From NCBI GenBank assembly GCA_009928125.1, contig RFVJ01000001.1, forward strand, positions 4-64,003: DNA of 64,000 nucleotides, given 5' to 3'. Positions 58,123-64,000 of this stretch are shown one piece after another. The notes beneath the pieces are model-generated. The model was not told where the DNA came from and ran no database searches. It saw only the letters and a program-made list of their open reading frames with translations. The DNA comes from Betaproteobacteria bacterium (GTDB taxonomy: Bacteria > Pseudomonadota > Gammaproteobacteria > Burkholderiales > Burkholderiaceae_C). Position 1 is the stretch's first letter. Every line of letters starts with the position of its first letter. The position numbers and the translations under genes are program-made.

Positions 58123-58771
58123 GGGCTGGACTTTCTGGCGCATCCGCTTCCGCTTCCGCTTCCGCTTCCACAGCCTCCACAGCCTCATCCAAAGACAAGG
58201 AAGTTTGGGTGCTGTCATCGTCAGTTGGATTCAAAGTGGCCAGCGCCGCAGCTTGTCCCTCAACACTGCTCAACAAGGGCAATTGGTCCAAGGATGACAA
58301 GCCCAAGTCGTCCAGGAATTGACGCGTGGTGGCGTACAAGCCCGGCCGGCCGACCGACTCTCGGTGACCGATGACCTCGACCCAGCCACGATCCTCTAAC
58401 TGCTTCAAGATTTGAGTGTTGATGGTGACACCGCGAATGTCTTCCATGTCGCCACGTGTCACAGGCTGCCTATAGGCAATGATGGCCAATGTTTCCATGA
58501 CGGCGCGGGTGTACTTAGGGGGCTTTTCTGGGTTGAGCCTGTCCAAGTACATGCGCAGCTCTGGGCGACTTTGAAAACGCCATCCGGTGGCAACAGAAAC
58601 CAGTTCCAAGCCACGCTCGGCCCAGTCAAGTTGCAACTCTTCTAAAAGAACTTTAAGGGTGTCAGCGCCTAAAGCGTCTTCGAACAACACGCGCATCTCA
58701 CGTACTGTGACAGGCTGGGTTGAGCAAAGCAACGCTGTTTCAAGGACACGCTTGGCCTGAGCCGTATTCAT
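58115..58771 (-). CDS. scpB: SMC-Scp complex subunit ScpB
   Basis: [37 protein letters not shown]. Confidence 0.95.
   Translation of the reverse strand: MNTAQAKRVLETALLCSTQPVTVREMRVLFEDALGADTLKVLLEELQLDWAERGLELVSVATGWRFQSRPELRMYLDRLNPEKPPKYTRAVMETLAIIAYRQPVTRGDMEDIRGVTINTQILKQLEDRGWVEVIGHRESVGRPGLYATTRQFLDDLGLSSLDQLPLLSSVEGQAAALATLNPTDDDSTQTSLSLDEAVEAVEAEAEAEADAPESPAHD
58143..58169. repeat. hexamer microsatellite (TCCGCT)x4.5 in the scpB acidic tail
   Basis: encodes EAEAEAEA on the minus strand. Confidence 0.85.
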
Positions 58772-58917
58772 GGTGTCAGTCTTCCGGGATAAATGCGCAT
58801 GAAGCGCGAACTGAAACGCACACGAGGTGAGGCTTGAAACCAACAGAGGACCCAGTCCACTCGGTGCGAGACATCAAAAGAATTCGAGCCATTCAGAGGA
58901 ACCGCTCGGGCCTAGGA

Positions 58918-59940
58918 TCAGGCGGATTCATTGTAACTGAGCGACCATGCCTTCAGCAAATCTTGAAAATCTGGCGGCAAGGTGGACTTGAAGCTCATCT
59001 TTTCATCGGTGACTGGGTGGACAAAGGCCAATTGCACTGCGTGCAGGGCCTGCCGCGGCATCAGCGGCTCTGCGCGACCGCCATAAAGACTGTCGCCAAC
59101 CAAAGGCAAATGAAGAGATGCCATGTGAACCCGAATTTGGTGTGTCCGCCCCGTCTCCAATGTGCAGCGCACCAAGACACCTTGCTCACTTTGGGCCAAC
59201 ACCTGGAAGTGGGTGGTGGCGGTTTTCCCGGAGTTTCGGGTCAAATCCACCACGGCCATGCGAAGCCGCTGCGCTGGATCGCGACCGATGGGCAAATCGA
59301 CAGTTTTTTGTCGCGACCCCGTCCAGACCCTGTCGCTGATGGCCAAGTACTCACGTTTGACCTCACGCGCGGCTATTTTTTTAACCAAAGCATCCATGGC
59401 TTGTCGCGTTCTGGCCACCACCATGAGCCCACTGGTGTCTTTGTCCAGCCTGTGCACGATGCCCGCTCTGGGCAAATCCATCAGTTGAGAATCAAGGCCC
59501 AACAGCCCATTCATCAAAGTTCCTGACCAATGCCCAGGGGCAGGATGAACCACCATGCCCACAGGCTTGTCAATGATCCGCAGGTGCGCGTCTTCATAGA
59601 CAACTTTCAGATCCATTGACTCTGGCTTGAAGGCCTGAGACTGGGGGGTGGCCCTGAGTTCAATGGTCCAAGCCTCGCCAGCTTTGACCTTGAGGGAGGA
59701 TTTCAGCGCAGGCAGGCCAGCTCGGGTGACCGCACCATCCTCTAAAAGTTGTTGCAAATAACTTCTAGAGAACTCAGGAACAGCAGCAACCAGCAAGCGG
59801 TCAAGTCGCTGACCATGAAATTCGGGTCCCACCACGATGTCTCGAATCTCGACTTGCGGGGCAAGACCACCTTGCGCCACCATGGTTTCTTCCACAAGAT
59901 CATCTGTCTCTTCTAGATCTGAGGGGCTCGATATAATCAA
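58918..59940 (-). CDS. rluD: 23S rRNA pseudouridine synthase RluD
   Basis: S4 domain RLD...SRS, IVHRLDKDTSGL, TGRTHQIRVH, RQALHA; divergent from bamD; start uncertain (TTG 59940 or ATG 59883). Confidence 0.93.
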   Translation of the reverse strand: MIISSPSDLEETDDLVEETMVAQGGLAPQVEIRDIVVGPEFHGQRLDRLLVAAVPEFSRSYLQQLLEDGAVTRAGLPALKSSLKVKAGEAWTIELRATPQSQAFKPESMDLKVVYEDAHLRIIDKPVGMVVHPAPGHWSGTLMNGLLGLDSQLMDLPRAGIVHRLDKDTSGLMVVARTRQAMDALVKKIAAREVKREYLAISDRVWTGSRQKTVDLPIGRDPAQRLRMAVVDLTRNSGKTATTHFQVLAQSEQGVLVRCTLETGRTHQIRVHMASLHLPLVGDSLYGGRAEPLMPRQALHAVQLAFVHPVTDEKMSFKSTLPPDFQDLLKAWSLSYNESA

Positions 59941-59965
59941 TTTGGTTTATTTCCAAGGTTGCCAG

Positions 59966-60763
59966 ATGTTGAAGTTCAGATTATCGGTGCTTGTGCTTAC
60001 GCTTGTTGGCTTGGCCGCCACATTCCTGACCGGATGCTCAAGCACGCCTGCGGATCCCACGGCAGCTTGGGCCCCCGAAAAAATTTACAGCGAGGCCCGA
60101 GATGAAGTCAATGCCGGTGCTTGGGACCGCGCCGCCATGCTGTTCGACAAATTAGAAGGCCGCGCTGCCGGAACGCCATTGGCGCAGCAAGCACAAATTG
60201 AAAAAGCTTATGCGCAATACCGGGCTACCGAAAAAGTACAGGCCATTGCCACACTGGACCGGTTTCTCAAATTGCATCCCGCCAGTCCCGCTGTTGATTA
60301 CGCTTTGTACCTCAAAGGCTTGGTCAACTTCAACGACAACCTGGGCTTGTTCTCTTTCATCACCAAACAAGATTTGTCGGAGCGAGATCAGAAAGCTGCC
60401 AAAGACTCTTTTGAGTCTTTCAAAGAATTGATCACGCGCTTTCCAGATTCCAAATACAGCCCTGACGCACGTCAGAGAATGACCTACATCGTCAATTCAC
60501 TGGCCTCTTACGAGGTTCATGTTGCGCGTTACTACTACAGCAAAGGTGCTTATGTGGCCGCCGTGAACCGTGCGCAATTGGCCATCACCGACTACCCCGG
60601 CGTCCCCGCCATCAAAGAAGCCTTGGAAATTTTGATCAAGTCTTATGATGCATTGGGCATGCAAAACCTCAAGGCCGATGCGCAACGCGTGTTGGACAAA
60701 AACTTCCCTGCGCCACCTACCCCTGTGAATCAAAAGACGGGTTCGTGGTGGAAATTTTGGTAA
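59966..60763 (+). CDS. bamD: outer membrane protein assembly factor BamD
   Basis: lipobox LTGC, TPRs, RFPDSKY, ARYY..KGAYVAAVNR; TATAAT at 59932-59937. Confidence 0.96.
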   Translation: MLKFRLSVLVLTLVGLAATFLTGCSSTPADPTAAWAPEKIYSEARDEVNAGAWDRAAMLFDKLEGRAAGTPLAQQAQIEKAYAQYRATEKVQAIATLDRFLKLHPASPAVDYALYLKGLVNFNDNLGLFSFITKQDLSERDQKAAKDSFESFKELITRFPDSKYSPDARQRMTYIVNSLASYEVHVARYYYSKGAYVAAVNRAQLAITDYPGVPAIKEALEILIKSYDALGMQNLKADAQRVLDKNFPAPPTPVNQKTGSWWKFW

Positions 60764-62780
60764 GTTGCGACAACGCCAATTCAAAGTCTGCTTCATGGCT
60801 GATTTTGCGCATGGGTGGCAAACAAGCCAACAGCCGTTTGCCATAGGCCATTCCCGTGAGGCGGGGATCACAAACCACCAGCAAGCCTGTGTCGGTTTCA
60901 CTTCGAATCAAACGACCTGCACCCTGTTTCAAGGCCACAGCAGCCTCTGGCACGCTGTACTCTGAGAATGAGCTTTTGCCCATCAGCTCGAGTCGCTGTG
61001 ATCGCGCCTCGACCAAGGGGTCGTTGGGCGGCGGAAACGGCAGTTTGTCAATGACCACCAATTGAAGCGCATCACCTGGCACATCAAAGCCCTCCCAAAA
61101 AGATGCGGATGCCACCAACACGCAGCCCAAACCGCCTTGACTGGCGCCCTCCCTGAATCGCTCCATCAGGCGTCGCTTGGGGCCTTGGCCTTGAACCAAA
61201 ACTTCCAATTCACCGCTGTGACCCAGAGACGCTGTGAGGGCTTCACCAATGTTGCGCATGGCATTCAAGGTGGTGGTGAGGACCAAGGTGCGACCGCCCA
61301 ATTGTCTGGCGTATTTCTCGACCCAACTGGCGACCTTGCGTGTGTGGCTGAAGTCATTGGGCTTGGGCATGCCCTGCGGAACGTAAAGGGCAGACATCAA
61401 CTCATAATCAAACGGACTGGCCACTCGCAGCTTGCGTGCATCGCCCAGTCCACAAGGCTCTGTGAACCAGCGCATTTCAGCGTCCTCACCCAAAGTGGCC
61501 GACGTGAACACCCAAGCACGTTGTGCTGGCGTTGACGGTACCGAACTTGCCGAGTCTTCGAGGTGTGACGGCGGCTCGGGGCGTTGAATCATGTGGGTTC
61601 GCACCGCCCTTGAAATGTCCAGCGGGGACTCCACCAAGCGCATCTGAGTACCGACCTCTACCCAGCGAACAGCGCCTTCATCACAGGGGGCTTGGAAATC
61701 TTGCAACAACTTCAATTGCAAACCAACCCGTTCGTGCAAGCGCACAAAGTCAGGGGCCATTTCGCTCACAGTGTCCAAGGCTGCTTGCGCGGCATTCAAG
61801 GCCACCTCCAATTGCGCCATGGCAGTCAACCATTCGGCCGTTTCAATTTCATCGGGAATGGGATCGGCCCATCGCAAGCGGGCGCCGGGCCTGGCATTTT
61901 GAGCCGTCAGGCGCAAATCCCGCGTGGCTTTTTCCAGCACACTGCAAATGAGGTTCCAATCGACCAAGCCTCTGGCCATTTGCACACCCGCGCCCAAGAT
62001 ATCGCGTGTCAATTCAAGCAATTGGCTGGTGCTGAGGTGCTTGCCTAAAAAATGGATGCCAATTTCATTGAGTTGATGCGCTTCGTCAAACACCACGGTT
62101 TGAACAGAAGGCAACAGTTCTGCCATGCCGGTTTCGCGAACATTCAAATCAGCGAAAAACAAATGGTGGTTGATGACCACCACATCGGCGGCCATGGCTT
62201 CTTTGCGAGCGAGGTTGACATGGCAAGATTTAAATTGAGGACATGGTGAACCCAGGCAGTTGTCGCGGTTGGATGTCACAAGTGGAATGACGGGCGATCG
62301 ATCGTCCAGTCCCGACAGTTCTGACAAATCGCCTGTGCGCGTCGCTTGTGCCCAGGTTTCAATTTTGCTGAGAGCATGCGCGTGAATGCGCAAGGACGCG
62401 TCGCTGCTTTGCCGCGCCTGCGACAAACGCTGTGTGCACAAATAACTGCCACGCCCCTTGAGCAAGGCCACCCGAATCGGCAAATTGAATGCATCGATCA
62501 GTCTGGGGATGTCGCGTGAAAACAATTGGTCTTGAAGCGCCTTGGTGGCTGTCGAGACCAATGCGCGCTGACCACTTAACAGAACAGGTACCAAATAAGC
62601 ATAGGTTTTGCCGACACCGGTCCCAGCCTCCACGACCAACTCACCCCCAGCCGAGAGGGTTTCAGCAACAGCCAAGGCCATTTCTGTTTGCCCAGTTCGG
62701 GGTTTGAAGTTCGAATTGGCTTGTGCCAAAACGCCGGTTGGCATGAAGGCGCTGGCAACCGATTCAATGTACGCGCTCAA
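60717..62780 (-). CDS. yoaA: DinG/YoaA family ATP-dependent Fe-S DNA helicase
   Basis: Q motif (RTGQ), EAGTGVGKT, KGRGSYLC plus three further Cys, DEAH, SATL, FWEG.D, QGAGRLIR. Confidence 0.93.
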   Translation of the reverse strand: MSAYIESVASAFMPTGVLAQANSNFKPRTGQTEMALAVAETLSAGGELVVEAGTGVGKTYAYLVPVLLSGQRALVSTATKALQDQLFSRDIPRLIDAFNLPIRVALLKGRGSYLCTQRLSQARQSSDASLRIHAHALSKIETWAQATRTGDLSELSGLDDRSPVIPLVTSNRDNCLGSPCPQFKSCHVNLARKEAMAADVVVINHHLFFADLNVRETGMAELLPSVQTVVFDEAHQLNEIGIHFLGKHLSTSQLLELTRDILGAGVQMARGLVDWNLICSVLEKATRDLRLTAQNARPGARLRWADPIPDEIETAEWLTAMAQLEVALNAAQAALDTVSEMAPDFVRLHERVGLQLKLLQDFQAPCDEGAVRWVEVGTQMRLVESPLDISRAVRTHMIQRPEPPSHLEDSASSVPSTPAQRAWVFTSATLGEDAEMRWFTEPCGLGDARKLRVASPFDYELMSALYVPQGMPKPNDFSHTRKVASWVEKYARQLGGRTLVLTTTLNAMRNIGEALTASLGHSGELEVLVQGQGPKRRLMERFREGASQGGLGCVLVASASFWEGFDVPGDALQLVVIDKLPFPPPNDPLVEARSQRLELMGKSSFSEYSVPEAAVALKQGAGRLIRSETDTGLLVVCDPRLTGMAYGKRLLACLPPMRKISHEADFELALSQLTKISTTNPSFDSQG

Positions 62781-63136
62781 CGATCGCCTTTGCTGCTGGC
62801 CTTGTCCGACAGGCGTTGTTGGCGGTCCAGTTCTTTCAACTCTCGCTCTTTGGCGTTGAGTTGAATCTCACGCTGGTCCAACGGCCCCAAAGCTTGGTAT
62901 TTTTGGCGTCGGGCAAGCGCCAAACAGTCGTTCACTGCAAACTTTTGCCAGCAGGCCTTGGAGGTGGTTTGAAATTGGTCGAGAACCTGCTTTTTTTCCT
63001 GCGTGATGACAGCCCGCTGTGCTTGAATGTCCAGCAGCTCTGGCGCTGTGAGATGGACTGACTGCGCACAGACAGCAAACCCGCCAGACAAAGCCAGCGT
63101 GCCCATCAAGCGTTGCAGTAAGGATGCCAATTTCAT
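62777..63136 (-). CDS. hypothetical exported protein
   Basis: signal peptide-like N-terminus, CWQKFAVNDC motif, coiled-coil-like tail; overlaps zapE and yoaA by 4 nt each. Confidence 0.8.
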   Translation of the reverse strand: MKLASLLQRLMGTLALSGGFAVCAQSVHLTAPELLDIQAQRAVITQEKKQVLDQFQTTSKACWQKFAVNDCLALARRQKYQALGPLDQREIQLNAKERELKELDRQQRLSDKASSKGDR

Positions 63137-64000
63137 GTGATGTGCGTGTCGACTGTTCGGTGTTCCAGGGCCAAGAATTCAGAGGACTGCATTTCATGCA
63201 AGCGTGAAATGGTTCGCGGAAATTCGTGGGCCAGCGGTCCTTCGGTGTAAAGGGCTTCGGGCTCGACCTCGGCAGAAAGAATCAATTTAACACGCCGGTC
63301 GTATAGAACATCGATCAACCAAGTAAATCTTCTTGCTTCTGATGCCAAACGGGGTGGCATCATGGGCACATTGCTCAAAAGCACGGTGTGAAATTGGGTG
63401 GCAATTTCCAAATAATCGTTTTGCGAGCGTGGGCCACCGCACAAGGCTCTGAAGTCAAACCAAACCACACCACCTGCGCGGCGCTTGCTGGTAATTTCTC
63501 GCGCTTCAATGTGAAGAATGGGATCTTCATCAGGGCCACTGGCCAATCGGGTAAAGGCTTCCGACATGTCTGCATCGGCCTTTGCGCCCAAGGGGCAGTG
63601 GTAGAGCTTGACCATCTCCAGGGTACGTCGTCGGTAATCGGTGCCATTGTCGACATTCAGCACTTCCATGCGCTGATTCAAAAGAGCAATGGCAGGCAGC
63701 AATCGATCGCGGTGCAGACCATCCGGGTATAAATTGTCGGGTTTGAAATTGGAGGTGGTGACAAAGCTCACGCCATTGTCAAACAGCGAAACCAACAAAC
63801 GATGCAAGATCATGGCATCGGTGATGTCAGCCACGTGAAATTCATCAAAACAAATCAGTTGGTAGCGTTTCGCCATGCGCCGACCGAGCTCATCCAAGGG
63901 ATTGACGGTGCCTTGCATCAAGGCCAATTCTCGGTGAACCTCGCGCATGAACTCGTGAAAGTGCAAGCGCGTTTTATCTTTCACGGAAACCGCGTTGTAA
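63133..64000 (-). CDS. zapE: cell division protein ZapE (AFG1-like ATPase), 5'-truncated by window edge
   Basis: RLHFHEFM, CFDEF, TSN..P..LY.DGL.R, DYR, RRF..LID.LYD, RT.SRL.EM. Confidence 0.95.
   Translation of the reverse strand, partial: YNAVSVKDKTRLHFHEFMREVHRELALMQGTVNPLDELGRRMAKRYQLICFDEFHVADITDAMILHRLLVSLFDNGVSFVTTSNFKPDNLYPDGLHRDRLLPAIALLNQRMEVLNVDNGTDYRRRTLEMVKLYHCPLGAKADADMSEAFTRLASGPDEDPILHIEAREITSKRRAGGVVWFDFRALCGGPRSQNDYLEIATQFHTVLLSNVPMMPPRLASEARRFTWLIDVLYDRRVKLILSAEVEPEALYTEGPLAHEFPRTISRLHEMQSSEFLALEHRTVDTHIT

Noticed and set aside
58772-58917. 6S RNA in the scpB-rluD spacer
   Set aside because: Shorter than typical 6S RNA and lacks the long rod with central bubble; kept only as an unknown structured leader.

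Overview
Core-genome segment of a Comamonadaceae betaproteobacterium. A Limnohabitans-like origin is inferred from gene content, gene order and moderate GC; it was not tested. About 60 genes are present. (i) 0-22 kb: a lipid/acyl-CoA catabolic region (esterase, Fe-ADH, patatin, tex, SDRs, GST, MDR, PaaI, acyl-CoA dehydrogenase, thiolase, hydratase/3-hydroxyacyl-CoA dehydrogenase, Liv-type ABC transporter, DmdB-like CoA ligase) with a FadP-like operator. (ii) 22-40 kb: selO-msrB-yciB-bolA-parvulin, purL, map-glnD, ygiQ, yigZ, a short-chain chromate transporter pair, rlmB, ybbA/tesA and metC. (iii) 40-64 kb: the conserved ndk-rlmN-pilW-rodZ-ispG-hisS-yfgM-bamB-der-hfq-hflXKC-hisZ-purA superoperon, scpB-rluB, rluD/bamD, yoaA and zapE. 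I saw no rRNA, tRNA, CRISPR, IS, phage or defence genes, and no convincing new multi-gene system. The main anomaly is nine frame-breaking internal deletions in eight genes (including the normally essential map) plus one exact 33-bp duplication, all within the first 40.2 kb. These are most likely assembly or gap-removal artefacts and need read-level checking. The best biological leads are a structured ~150-nt leader upstream of scpB, a recurring TAGGG...CC intergenic motif and five probable leaderless genes.
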